Positions 54,580 through 64,000 of a stretch of 64,000 nucleotides of DNA are shown piece by piece. A program made the translations under genes and the position numbers. Source of the DNA: Desulfobacterales bacterium (GTDB lineage Bacteria > Desulfobacterota > Desulfobacteria > Desulfobacterales > UBA5852). The first letter of the stretch is position 1. Every line of letters starts with the position of its first letter. The notes beneath the pieces were generated by a model. The model saw only the letters and a program-made list of their open reading frames with translations, did not search any database and had not been told where the DNA came from. The DNA is taken from contig CAXXVS010000003.1 in NCBI GenBank assembly GCA_963674755.2, forward strand, positions 2,144,001 through 2,208,000. The letters run 5' to 3'.

Positions 54580-56154
54580 ATGAGGAAAACGGTCGGCGGT
54601 CTACTACTGGTTATTCTGGCGGCGGTATGCGTGCTGATGCCGGCTTCGGCCATGGCGGAAAAGGTCCTTTACGCCGCGGGTGACCCCAACGAGCTGGGGG
54701 TTACGACCTTCAACCCCATCAAGGTGGAGCTCAACCATGAGGCCATGTCCCTGATTTACGACAAACTGATCGAATGGGGCCTGGACGGCAATTACTACCC
54801 TGGTCTGGCTGCGTCCTGGACCATCAGCGACGACGGTCTGATCTGGAAAATGAAATTGAAGGAGGGGGTGACCTTCCACGACGGCACGCCCTTCAACGCG
54901 GAAGTGGCCAAATGGTTTTTAAAGGAGATGGAAACCGGCCCCTCCGCCTATATGGTGGGGGCCATCGATCATGTGGATATCGACGGACCTTACGCGATCA
55001 CGATGGTGTTGAAGCATCCCGAACCCAACATGCTCTTCAATCTCTCCCAGACCTTCATGGCCGTTCCCAGCATGGAAGCCTACAAGAAGTACGGTGAGGA
55101 TTTCGGCACCAAATACGTCGTCGGCTCGGGGCCCTACATGTTCGAGTCCTGGTCGCCGGGCGACAAGCTGGTCCTGGTCAAGAATCCGAACTACACCTGG
55201 GGGCCGGGGTTCGTGAAAAACAAGGGGCCGGCCATAATCGACAAGGTGGTCTACCTCGATGTCAAGGAAGAGTCCACGCGCTTTCTGGAGCTCAAAACCG
55301 GCAAGCTGGATGTGGTCTTCGCCCTGCCGACGATGTTCATCGACAAGGTCGAACAGGATAAAAACCTGCGGGTGGTCCGGCTGCCCGGTGACCAGCTCTA
55401 CCATATGGTCATGAACACCCAGTCGCCGCCCCTGGACAATCTGCTGGTCCGCAAGGGCATTGCCCTGGCCGTGGATCAGGTCAGCATCACCAAAAACGTC
55501 TTTGCCAATGCCGGCAAACCCGCCTTTACCTACCTGATCGATTCCCTGCCCGAAAGCAAGGTGGCCGAAAAGGATATGATCCGCTACGATCCCGAGGGGG
55601 CCAAGGCCGCCTTGGAAGAGGCCGGCTGGAAGGTGGGGCCGGACGGCATCCGGGTAGACAAGGACGGCAACCGCCTGTCGTTGAAGATGCTGGCCAAAAA
55701 CGAATCGTCCTACCGGCGGGTGGCCGAGGTGGTGCAGGCCCAACTGGCCGCGGTGGGCGTGGACGCCCAGATTACGCTGCTCGACCCCAGCACCATCCGG
55801 GCGCATCTCAAAAACGGCGAACATCAGCTGGCGGTGCGCAGCTATGAGTGGGAAAATGCCGATATCCTGGAATGGTTTCTCAATTCCACCCGTATGGGCT
55901 ATCCCAATGCCGCCTTCTGGCATGACAACGAGTCCGACTATCTGATGCAGAAGGCCATGACCCGTTCACGCTCCCAGCAGGAGCGGATCGATAATTTCAA
56001 GGTCTACCATACCTATCTGCTCAACCAGTATGTCTGGGCCCCCATCTATCTGCCGGATACGATTTTCGGCGTCAGCAAACGCCTGGTGGTGCCGGAAGGA
56101 GGCCAGGACCGCCGGTTCCTGGGAATGGGTGTGCTGGACTATGATTTGAAATAG
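54580..56154 (+). CDS. Peptide/nickel ABC transporter substrate-binding protein (family 5)
   Basis: Signal peptide ending AMA; PGLAASW, FHDGTPFNA, GSGPY. Confidence 0.93.
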   Translation: MRKTVGGLLLVILAAVCVLMPASAMAEKVLYAAGDPNELGVTTFNPIKVELNHEAMSLIYDKLIEWGLDGNYYPGLAASWTISDDGLIWKMKLKEGVTFHDGTPFNAEVAKWFLKEMETGPSAYMVGAIDHVDIDGPYAITMVLKHPEPNMLFNLSQTFMAVPSMEAYKKYGEDFGTKYVVGSGPYMFESWSPGDKLVLVKNPNYTWGPGFVKNKGPAIIDKVVYLDVKEESTRFLELKTGKLDVVFALPTMFIDKVEQDKNLRVVRLPGDQLYHMVMNTQSPPLDNLLVRKGIALAVDQVSITKNVFANAGKPAFTYLIDSLPESKVAEKDMIRYDPEGAKAALEEAGWKVGPDGIRVDKDGNRLSLKMLAKNESSYRRVAEVVQAQLAAVGVDAQITLLDPSTIRAHLKNGEHQLAVRSYEWENADILEWFLNSTRMGYPNAAFWHDNESDYLMQKAMTRSRSQQERIDNFKVYHTYLLNQYVWAPIYLPDTIFGVSKRLVVPEGGQDRRFLGMGVLDYDLK

Positions 56155-56249
56155 ATCGCCATCCGAAACGAGAGCCTGCCGCTTCCCGCCGATGTCCACG
56201 GGCTGGAAGCGGCGCTGCCCAATAGGGTCTTGGGGAAAGAAAGAAAACG

Positions 56250-57176
56250 ATGTGGCGTTTCATGGTACGCCGGGTACTGCTCCTGATCCCGATCTTCGGG
56301 GTCGTCTCGGTGATTATATTCTCCCTGGTGCATATCGTACCCGGCAATCCCATCGACAATCTCATGGGACCCGGGATGACCAAGGCCCATGAGCAGCAGT
56401 TGATCGAAAAATACCACCTGGACAAACCCATTCCCGTCCAGTATCTGATCTGGTTCAAAAACATGCTCCACGGCGACCTGGGCCGTTCCATCGTGGAGAA
56501 ACGGCCGGTGAGCGAACTGCTGATGCATCACCTGCCTTACAGCCTGTCGCTGGGACTGACCGCCATTGCCATCTCCTTTGTATTGGGGGTTTCCATGGGC
56601 ATCGTTTCGGCGGCCAACAAGAATCGCCTGTGGGATCATTCGGCCATGCTGGTCGCGCTTTTTGGCGTGACGATTCCCTCGTTCTGGCTGGGGTTGATTC
56701 TGATTCTGATCTTCGCGGTCTGGCTGGGCTGGTTCCCGGTATCCGGGTCCGGCACCCTGATGTCCCTGGTGCTGCCGGCCGTCACGGTCGGTCTCGGCGG
56801 CGCCGGTCTGGTGGCCCGGGTGACACGCGTCAGCATGCTCGAAGTGGCCTCCAAGGATTTCATTGTCCTGCTGCACGCCAAGGGCCTGGGCAAAACCGCC
56901 ATCCTTCTGCGGCACATCCTGCGCAATGCGCTGATTCCGGTGATCACCATCCTGGGACTGCGCATCGGCTGGGTGCTGGGCGGGGCGGTCACCGTGGAGA
57001 TCGTTTTCGGCCGGCCCGGGCTGGGGCAAATGCTGATCACCGGTCTCTACCGTCGGGATTATCCCGTGGTGCAGGGAGCCATGCTGCTGCTGGCCATGGG
57101 CATCATGCTGGGGACCTTTCTGGCGGATGTGCTCTACGCCTATGCCGATCCGCGGGTGCGGGACCAGCACGACTAG
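56250..57176 (+). CDS. Peptide ABC transporter permease (DppB/OppB-like)
   Basis: HGDLGRS, IPSFWLG, HILRNALIP, RDYPVVQG. Confidence 0.94.
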   Translation: MWRFMVRRVLLLIPIFGVVSVIIFSLVHIVPGNPIDNLMGPGMTKAHEQQLIEKYHLDKPIPVQYLIWFKNMLHGDLGRSIVEKRPVSELLMHHLPYSLSLGLTAIAISFVLGVSMGIVSAANKNRLWDHSAMLVALFGVTIPSFWLGLILILIFAVWLGWFPVSGSGTLMSLVLPAVTVGLGGAGLVARVTRVSMLEVASKDFIVLLHAKGLGKTAILLRHILRNALIPVITILGLRIGWVLGGAVTVEIVFGRPGLGQMLITGLYRRDYPVVQGAMLLLAMGIMLGTFLADVLYAYADPRVRDQHD

Positions 57177-57249
57177 CGGGTGGGCCAGGCCAGGCGCCGG
57201 GGGGGCGATATACAATTGAAAACCACGTGGATGGCAAGCAGGAAGACCC

Positions 57250-58134
57250 ATGTCCGCCGTTGATGCGCTGGAAACCGTGGCACCGCCGGATAATCCCTGG
57301 TTGCGTCGCCTGAAAAAGCTTACCGCCAACAAAGCAGGACTGGCCGGTATCGCGATCATTGTGCTCCTGATCGGTGTGGCCATCCTTGCCAATGTCCTGG
57401 CGCCTTACTCCTACAAGGAGCAGAATCTGGCGGAGATGAATCTGGCGCCCTCCCGCACCCATCTCATGGGCACCGATGAATTCGGGCGGGATGTCTTCAG
57501 CCGGATCATCCATGGGTCGCGGATTTCGGTCTATGTGGGGGTCGTATCCGTGGGCCTTTCGGTACTGATCGGCGTGCTGATAGGCTCGGTGGCCGGTTAT
57601 TACGGGGGTTGGCTGGATCAACTCCTCTCGGTAGTCACCGATCTGACCTGGTCGTTGCCCGAAATCCTGGTGGCCCTCCTGCTGGTGGCCATCGTGGGGG
57701 CGGGCCTGGAATGCGTGATCATCGCCGTGGCTTTGACCTACTGGGCCCAGTACGCGCGCCTGATTCGGGGGCAGATTCTGATGCTCAAGACCGAGGTTTA
57801 CGTCGAGGCCACGCGGTCGTTGGGGGCCACCGATTTTACGATTCTCTTCCGCCACCTGTTTCCCAATGCCATCGCCCCGGTGCTGGTGGCCGCCACCATC
57901 GGGATCGGGCAGGCCATCGTGCTCGAAGCGACCCTCGGCTTTCTGGGCATGGGGGCCCAGCCGCCGCTGCCCAGCTGGGGCGCCATGATGAGCAATGGCA
58001 CGGCCTACCTTTTCATCTCGCCCTGGGTGATCATCTTCCCGGGGCTGGCCATGATGGTGACCGTCCTGGGGTTCAATCTTTTCGGCGACGCCCTGGTGGA
58101 CATCCTGGATATCCGCGAGGACACCATCCGATGA
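57250..58134 (+). CDS. Peptide ABC transporter permease (DppC/OppC-like)
   Basis: GTDEFGRD, YVEATRSLGA, PSWG, FNLFGDAL. Confidence 0.94.
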   Translation: MSAVDALETVAPPDNPWLRRLKKLTANKAGLAGIAIIVLLIGVAILANVLAPYSYKEQNLAEMNLAPSRTHLMGTDEFGRDVFSRIIHGSRISVYVGVVSVGLSVLIGVLIGSVAGYYGGWLDQLLSVVTDLTWSLPEILVALLLVAIVGAGLECVIIAVALTYWAQYARLIRGQILMLKTEVYVEATRSLGATDFTILFRHLFPNAIAPVLVAATIGIGQAIVLEATLGFLGMGAQPPLPSWGAMMSNGTAYLFISPWVIIFPGLAMMVTVLGFNLFGDALVDILDIREDTIR

Positions 58135-58189
58135 GCGTGTTGCGGGGCCGCCCTTCGACATCACGCCGGGCAACCAAGGATTTACACCC

Positions 58190-59173
58190 ATGACGCTTTT
58201 GCAGGTCGACGGTCTAGGGGTGCGGTTCCAGACGCGGGAAGGCGTTGTGGAGCCGCTGGACGACGTCAGTTTCGCCATCGAAGCGGGACAGATTATGGGG
58301 TTGGTGGGGGAAACCGGCTCCGGCAAGTCTGTGACGGCCCAGGCCATTATGGGTCTTCTGCCGTATTTGAACGGCGAAATCTGTTCCGGCCGGATCTGGC
58401 TTCGGGGACAGGACATGCGTGATCTGCCCGAGGACCGGTGGCGGACCATCCGGGGCAATCAGATCTCCCTGATCTCCCAGAATCCCATGACGTCCCTGGA
58501 TCCGGTCTACCGCGTGGGCCACCAGATCGTGGAAGGGATGCGTCTCCATCTGGCCATTTCCGCCCGGGAGGCCCACCGGCGCGCCATCGAACTGATGGCC
58601 TCCCTGCGCATTCCGGATCCCGAACGGGTTTTCCAGCAATACCCCCATCAGCTTTCCGGGGGGCTTAAGCAGCGCATTGTCATCGCTATGGGGCTTTGCG
58701 CCGATCCGAAACTGCTGATCGCCGATGAACCCACCACGGCCCTGGATGTCACGGTTCAAGCCCAGATCGTCACCCTTTTCAAGGAGACCACCCGCAAATT
58801 CGGCATCGGATTGCTCTTGATCACCCACGATCTGGGCGTTATCGCCCAGATCTGTGATACCGTGGCGGTCATGTACGCCGGTACGATCGTGGAGTCGGGT
58901 GATGTCCATTCGGTGTTTGCGCGGCCCCGGCATCCCTACACCCGGGCCCTGTTGGGATGCGTCCCCAAACTCGGCATGCCGGAGGGGGCCTTGAGCGCCA
59001 TTCCCGGCAATGTGCCCAGTGTGCGCACTTTTCCCACCGGCTGCCGGTTTCATCCGCGCTGCGAGGAGCGACGGGACTGCTGCCAACAGGCCAAGCCCAA
59101 AATGAATCTGATCGGCCGGGAAATTTGGGTGGGGTGTCTGAAATATGATTCCCAGCGGAGGGACTGCTGGTGA
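58190..59173 (+). CDS. Peptide ABC transporter ATPase (DppD-like)
   Basis: GETGSGKS, LSGG, ADEPTTALD, C-terminal Cys cluster. Confidence 0.95.
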   Translation: MTLLQVDGLGVRFQTREGVVEPLDDVSFAIEAGQIMGLVGETGSGKSVTAQAIMGLLPYLNGEICSGRIWLRGQDMRDLPEDRWRTIRGNQISLISQNPMTSLDPVYRVGHQIVEGMRLHLAISAREAHRRAIELMASLRIPDPERVFQQYPHQLSGGLKQRIVIAMGLCADPKLLIADEPTTALDVTVQAQIVTLFKETTRKFGIGLLLITHDLGVIAQICDTVAVMYAGTIVESGDVHSVFARPRHPYTRALLGCVPKLGMPEGALSAIPGNVPSVRTFPTGCRFHPRCEERRDCCQQAKPKMNLIGREIWVGCLKYDSQRRDCW

Positions 59174-60180
59174 GCCCCCTTGTCCAGGTCCGTCATCTTT
59201 GCAAACATTTTCCGGTTACCGCCGGGGTGTTGCACCGCACGGTTGGTTTGGTCCGCGCCGTGGACGACGTTTCCTTCGACATCGGCCGGGGCGAGATTCT
59301 CGGTATCGTCGGAGAATCCGGCTGCGGCAAGTCGACCCTGGCCCGCCTGATCCTGCGTCTGATCGAACCCAGCGGGGGGCAGGTTCACTTTGACGGGCAG
59401 GAGCTGGGACTGTTGGGCAAGGGCGAGCTGCGCCACCTGCGCCGCAAGATGCAAATGGTCTATCAGGACCCCCATTCCGCGTTGGATCCGCGCAACACCA
59501 TTCATCGTAGCCTGGCTGAAATGTATCAGATCCAGCGCGTCAAGATGACGCCTGAGGCCCTCAATGACCGGATCGCCGAGTTGCTGGTCATGGTGGGGTT
59601 GAAGCCGGAGCACGGCCTGGCCTATCCCCATCAGCTATCCGGCGGCCAGAAGCAGCGGGTGGTGATCGCCCGGGCCCTGGCCCTGTCTCCGGCCTTCGTC
59701 ATCCTGGATGAACCGACGGCCGCCCTGGACGTTTCGGTGCAGGCCCAGATCACGATTCTGCTCCAGAAGCTGCGCCAGACCTTTGACATGACCTATCTCT
59801 TCATTTCCCATGATATCGCCCTGGTGGATTACTTCTGCCATCGCATCATCGTGATGTACCTGGGGCGTATCGTCGAGATCCTGCCGGCCGGTCTCGGCCT
59901 GGACGCGCCCCGGCACCCTTACACCCGGCTGCTGATGGACAGCGTTTTCATTGCGGACCCGGAAAAACGCAAGACGATCTCGGTCGTGCCCGGTGAAGCG
60001 CGCAATGCCATAGGGTTGACCAAAGCGTGCGTTTTCGAATCCCGCTGCCCCTATGCCCGGCCGCTGTGCCGGCAGGCCATGCCGCCCCTCGTCGAAGACG
60101 CCGAGGGCAGATTCGCCGCCTGCCATTTTCCCTTGGGGGGGAACGGAGAAGAGCAGCGGATGGCGCGTGCCGGACGGTAA
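59170..60180 (+). CDS. Peptide ABC transporter ATPase (DppF-like)
   Basis: [29 protein letters not shown]. Confidence 0.95.
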   Translation: MSPLVQVRHLCKHFPVTAGVLHRTVGLVRAVDDVSFDIGRGEILGIVGESGCGKSTLARLILRLIEPSGGQVHFDGQELGLLGKGELRHLRRKMQMVYQDPHSALDPRNTIHRSLAEMYQIQRVKMTPEALNDRIAELLVMVGLKPEHGLAYPHQLSGGQKQRVVIARALALSPAFVILDEPTAALDVSVQAQITILLQKLRQTFDMTYLFISHDIALVDYFCHRIIVMYLGRIVEILPAGLGLDAPRHPYTRLLMDSVFIADPEKRKTISVVPGEARNAIGLTKACVFESRCPYARPLCRQAMPPLVEDAEGRFAACHFPLGGNGEEQRMARAGR

Positions 60181-60242
60181 AGTGGTGGGCGGCGATGGGG
60201 AGCGCAGCGGCCCTCATTTCTACTTTGCAACAAAGGATATCC

Positions 60243-61169
60243 ATGAGCCCCATGACAACCGGCTCCGGCCGAATTCAAATGGATGCCGGCGTGGCCGGGC
60301 CGCTCTTCATGCTGGCGGCGGCCCTGCTTTTTACCCTCCTCAACCTCCAGGTCAAACTTCTGGGGCCGGCCTATTCCGCCTGGGATATCGGATTTTACCG
60401 CTTTGCCGGCGGCATCCTGGCGATCGTATCCATTTTCGGACGGCGCCGCAATCCCTTCCGGGGGCATAACACGCGTCTGCTCCTCATCCGGGGCTGCACC
60501 GGCTCGGTGGCCTTCATCTGTATGGTCTCCGCCATTATCCGCCTGCCCGTCTCCACCGCCCTGGTGATCTTCTATTCCTTCCCGGCCTTTGCGGCCGTGT
60601 TCTCCTATTTTATTTACGGGGAACGGGTCGGCAGGGGGGAGCTGGCCTGCATCGTGGGGGTCATGGCCGGGGTGGCCATCCTGTTCGATTTTCAGCCCGG
60701 CGGTGATCTGGTGGGTCAGGCCCTGGCCCTGCTGGGGGGCGCCTTCGCCGGACTGACGGTGACCCTGATCCGCACCCTGCGGGAGCACAACGGCCCGGTC
60801 ATCATCTATCTCTATCTTTGCACCATGGGGTTTTGCGTGTCGGCGCCCATGTTCGCCTTGCAACCCACCCTCCCGTCGACGCCCATGGAAGGCGCCTTGA
60901 TTTTGGGCATCGTTTTCAGTTCCCTGACCGCGCAGCTCCTCATGAACCAGGGCTTCTTCTACTGCCGGGGCTGGGAAGGCGGGGTCTTCATGTCGAGCGA
61001 GGTGGTCTTCACCGCCATCGTGGGCATTGCCTTGCTGGGGGATCCGGCCTCCTGGCGCTTCTGGACCGGCGGCCTCATCGTGCTCGCCAATGTGGTGGCC
61101 CTCAACCGGCTCAAAGCCGGGGCCGTGCCGGCGGCCAGGGGGACGGACGAGCCGGGCGCGGCGGCCTGA
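60243..61169 (+). CDS. DMT/EamA family transporter
   Basis: About ten hydrophobic segments in two repeats; GFYRF, LLIRG, GERVG; ATG after AAGGA. Confidence 0.88.
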   Translation: MSPMTTGSGRIQMDAGVAGPLFMLAAALLFTLLNLQVKLLGPAYSAWDIGFYRFAGGILAIVSIFGRRRNPFRGHNTRLLLIRGCTGSVAFICMVSAIIRLPVSTALVIFYSFPAFAAVFSYFIYGERVGRGELACIVGVMAGVAILFDFQPGGDLVGQALALLGGAFAGLTVTLIRTLREHNGPVIIYLYLCTMGFCVSAPMFALQPTLPSTPMEGALILGIVFSSLTAQLLMNQGFFYCRGWEGGVFMSSEVVFTAIVGIALLGDPASWRFWTGGLIVLANVVALNRLKAGAVPAARGTDEPGAAA

Positions 61170-61223
61170 TGGCGATGGCCCGCGGCGCCGGCCAGCAGCG
61201 TCTGAGCACGGCCGGCGCCCGTC

Positions 61224-61252
61224 TTGACAACCTTCGGCCGTTTCGATAGCCT
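61224..61252 (+). promoter_or_regulatory. Probable sigma70 promoter of the two-component operon
   Basis: TTGACA-N17-TAGCCT. Confidence 0.6.
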
Positions 61253-61432
61253 CCTCAGTCACCTGCCGCCCGGGACCCACCGCTTCGGCTGCATCGGTGC
61301 CGGGCGACGTTGTCCATCGGAAGCGTCGGCGGGCGGTCGGCATGTTCCTCCTCCCTTCGGTGCTTTCCCAAGCTGATGCGCCGGGCGGCCCGCCCCGGCC
61401 TCTTAATCCCGTTTGGCGAAAAGAGCCCCGAC

Positions 61433-62863
61433 ATGAAGACCATCCGCGGCAAAATTGTCTCCTTCTTCATCCTGTGCCTGACCGTAGCCGGCGTTCTGGC
61501 CCTGCTGTACTACCAGAATGCGCTTTCCCTGCGGCAGAAGATATACGCCATCGAACGCTTTGACGACCTGCTCAACGATGTCCTGGAACTGCGCCGGTAT
61601 GAAAAGAACATCATCCTTTTCAAGGATCCGGCGAGCCTCGAAGAAGCCACGAGCTACCTGCGCAAGGTGGATCGCGACTACAGCGACCTGAAGCCGGACA
61701 TTGCCGGGATCATCGGCCCCTTCGATCCGTCCCTGTTCGAGCGCAATCTGGCGCAGTACCACCAGACCCTCGATGCCATCATCGCCCAACAGGGCGGCGG
61801 GGGCAGCCAGCGCCAGGAGGAGGGTCTGCGGGCCAACGGCAAAGCCCTCGTGGATTTCGCCCAGCTTTTGATCCAGAAAAAACGCTCCCGGATCGATCAG
61901 ACCCTCAAACGGGTCCTGATCATTCCCCTGGCCAGCGTCGGGTTTTTGATCGTGCTGGCCGTGGCCGTCTTCCGCTTCCTGACCCAGGGCATTCTGAAAC
62001 CCCTGGCCATGCTGGAGGACGCCACCGCAAAAGTCGCCAAGGAATCCTTTACGCCGATCCCCTATGGCAAGGACAGCAAGGACGAAATCGCACGCCTGAT
62101 CCACTCCTTCAACAAGATGGTGGCCGAAATCGACTCCCGCCAGGAGCAGCTCGTACAATCCCGCAAGCTGGCCTCCATCGGCGTCTTTACATCGGGGATC
62201 GCCCATGAGCTGAACAATCCCCTCAACAATATCTCCATCACCGCCGAAGCCCTGATGCTCAACCATGCCGACGAACTGGCCCCGGAGATCAATGACATGA
62301 TCGACGACATCATGACCCAGGCCGATCGGGCCAGCCAGGTGGTGAAAAATCTCCTGGAGTTCGCACGGACCAAGCGCGTCGGACTGAAGGATCTCAGGAT
62401 TGCGGACGTGCTGGAGCATACGCTGAAGCTGGTCAAGAACCAGTTGAGCGTGGCCCGGATTCAGATCGAAAAGGAGATCGCGCCGGATCTGCCCCTGATC
62501 CACGTCAAGCAGGAGGACCTGCAGCAGGCCTTTGTCAATATCTTCCTGAATGCCGCCCACGCCATGCCGGAGGGCGGCAAGATCACGATCCGGGCCGGCC
62601 GGGGCCCCGAGGGCTTTCTGCAGGTCGATCTGACGGACACGGGCGCCGGCATCAAGCCCGAAGACCTGGACAATATCTTCGACCCCTTCTATACCACCAA
62701 AGCTGCGGGCAGCGGGACGGGCCTGGGCCTTTCTATCGTCTACAGCATTATCCGTACCCACGGCGGCACCATCGAAGCCCGCAGCGAAGTGGGGCAGGGC
62801 ACGACGTTTTCGATTTGTCTGCCGATCATCAAGCGCAAAAAGGGTGAGCAAGATGAGCTATAG
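61433..62863 (+). CDS. Membrane sensor histidine kinase (HAMP-HisKA-HATPase)
   Basis: Two TM segments, DEIARL, GIAHELNNPL, NAAHAM, DTGAGI, GTGLGL. Confidence 0.95.
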   Translation: MKTIRGKIVSFFILCLTVAGVLALLYYQNALSLRQKIYAIERFDDLLNDVLELRRYEKNIILFKDPASLEEATSYLRKVDRDYSDLKPDIAGIIGPFDPSLFERNLAQYHQTLDAIIAQQGGGGSQRQEEGLRANGKALVDFAQLLIQKKRSRIDQTLKRVLIIPLASVGFLIVLAVAVFRFLTQGILKPLAMLEDATAKVAKESFTPIPYGKDSKDEIARLIHSFNKMVAEIDSRQEQLVQSRKLASIGVFTSGIAHELNNPLNNISITAEALMLNHADELAPEINDMIDDIMTQADRASQVVKNLLEFARTKRVGLKDLRIADVLEHTLKLVKNQLSVARIQIEKEIAPDLPLIHVKQEDLQQAFVNIFLNAAHAMPEGGKITIRAGRGPEGFLQVDLTDTGAGIKPEDLDNIFDPFYTTKAAGSGTGLGLSIVYSIIRTHGGTIEARSEVGQGTTFSICLPIIKRKKGEQDEL

Positions 62864-64000
62864 GGTGGCCGTCGTCGACGACGAGCAAACCGTTTGCCGG
62901 CGCCTCAAGGAGGTCCTGGACAAGGAGGACTATGCCACCGAAACCTTTCAGGCCGGGGAAGCCTTCTGGACCCGGATGCGGACCTTCCCCTTCCAGATCG
63001 TCTTCCTGGATCTCACCCTGCCCGATACGGACGGCCTGTCCCTTCTGGAGCGGCTTAAAGGGCGCTACCCCGAGGCGGAGGTGGTGATCATCACCGGCCA
63101 CGGCTCCATCGATACGGCCATCGAGGCCATCAAGAAAGGGGCCTTCCACTACGTCAGCAAGCCCTTCAAACTGGAGGAGATCCGGGTGCTGGCGGCCGGC
63201 GCCCGGGAAAAGCTGATGCTGCGCGAGGAGAACCGCCGTCTGCGCGACGCCTGTGAGGGCGGCGACGCCTTTCTGAGCGGTTTTATCGGCACCAGCGAGG
63301 CCATGCAGGACATCTTCGGCATGATCAAGAAGGTGGCCCCCGTGGACTGCAACGTGCTGCTGCAGGGGGAGAGCGGCACCGGCAAGGAGCTCGTGGCCAA
63401 GTCGATCCATCGTTTGAGCCCGCGCCGGGACTATCCCTTCATCTCCTTCAACTGCGGGGGGTTTGCCGAAGAGCTGATCAGCAGCGAGCTTTTCGGCCAT
63501 GAAAAGGGGGCCTTTACCGGTGCCAACCTGACCAAGATCGGACTGCTCGAATCCGCGGCCGGCGGCACGGTCTTTCTGGATGAAATCGGCGAGATGCCGC
63601 CCTCGATGCAGGTCAAACTGCTGCGGGTCCTGCAGGAGAAGCGCATCCTGCGGGTGGGCGGCACCAAGCCCATCGACCTGGACATCCGGGTCATCGCCGC
63701 CAGCAACAAAGACATCAAGAAGGCCTGCCTCGAGGGGAGCTTCCGCGAAGACCTCTTCTACCGCCTCAATGTGGTGACGCTCCAACTGCCGCGCCTGATT
63801 GCGCGTAAATCGGACATTCCGCTGCTGATCGCCGCCTTCATCGAAAAGTACAGCCGGCTCTTCGGCAAAAAGGTAGCCCATATTGCGCCCCAGGCGCTGG
63901 AGATCCTGATGCATTACGATTTTCCCGGCAATGTGCGCGAGCTGGAAAATATCATCCAGCGCGCCATTGCCCTGACCGACAGCGACATCATCGGCGAGGA
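62853..64000 (+). CDS. Sigma54-dependent response regulator, NtrC family (runs off window)
   Basis: Manual translation MSYRVAVVDDE..FLDLTLPD..KPF; GESGTGKE, GAFTGA, FLDEIG, FPGNVREL. Confidence 0.95.
   Translation, partial: MSYRVAVVDDEQTVCRRLKEVLDKEDYATETFQAGEAFWTRMRTFPFQIVFLDLTLPDTDGLSLLERLKGRYPEAEVVIITGHGSIDTAIEAIKKGAFHYVSKPFKLEEIRVLAAGAREKLMLREENRRLRDACEGGDAFLSGFIGTSEAMQDIFGMIKKVAPVDCNVLLQGESGTGKELVAKSIHRLSPRRDYPFISFNCGGFAEELISSELFGHEKGAFTGANLTKIGLLESAAGGTVFLDEIGEMPPSMQVKLLRVLQEKRILRVGGTKPIDLDIRVIAASNKDIKKACLEGSFREDLFYRLNVVTLQLPRLIARKSDIPLLIAAFIEKYSRLFGKKVAHIAPQALEILMHYDFPGNVRELENIIQRAIALTDSDIIGE

Overview
GC-rich chromosomal window, most likely from a Desulfobacterota (Desulfobacterales-like) bacterium; this assignment is inferred from protein style and gene order. 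Bases 1-27.2 kb hold the core ribosomal super-cluster: rplA (partial), L10 leader, rplJL, rpoBC, rpsLG-tuf with no fusA, the S10 and spc operons (secY followed directly by infA-rpmJ, no adk/map), and the alpha operon ending in an extended rplQ. Bases 27.2-38.5 kb hold housekeeping genes: cysS, lemA plus two TPM genes, a rhomboid protease, nadC, valS, an acidic protein, rsmE and tRNA-Phe(GAA). Bases 38.5-49.8 kb are an accessory patchwork after the tRNA: a GSU2403-type nucleotidyltransferase, a YgjP remnant, a CARDB surface protein, a HAD hydrolase, PEP carboxylase, a MITE-like element abutting a 5'-truncated rtcR, a GNAT and a DUF3786 protein. Bases 50-64 kb hold an Lrp-linked D-amino-acid/peptide utilisation locus with an ABC transporter, a DMT transporter and a two-component system. 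The most striking observations are: (1) a ~100-aa parvulin/PpiC-like domain inserted in RNA polymerase beta-prime; (2) a PopZ-like acidic scaffold gene directly upstream of valS, outside Alphaproteobacteria; (3) a rhomboid protease fused to a DnaJ C-terminal domain; (4) two identically spaced inverted-repeat operators over the promoter and start codon of the nucleotidyltransferase. All calls are by eye, with no database searches.
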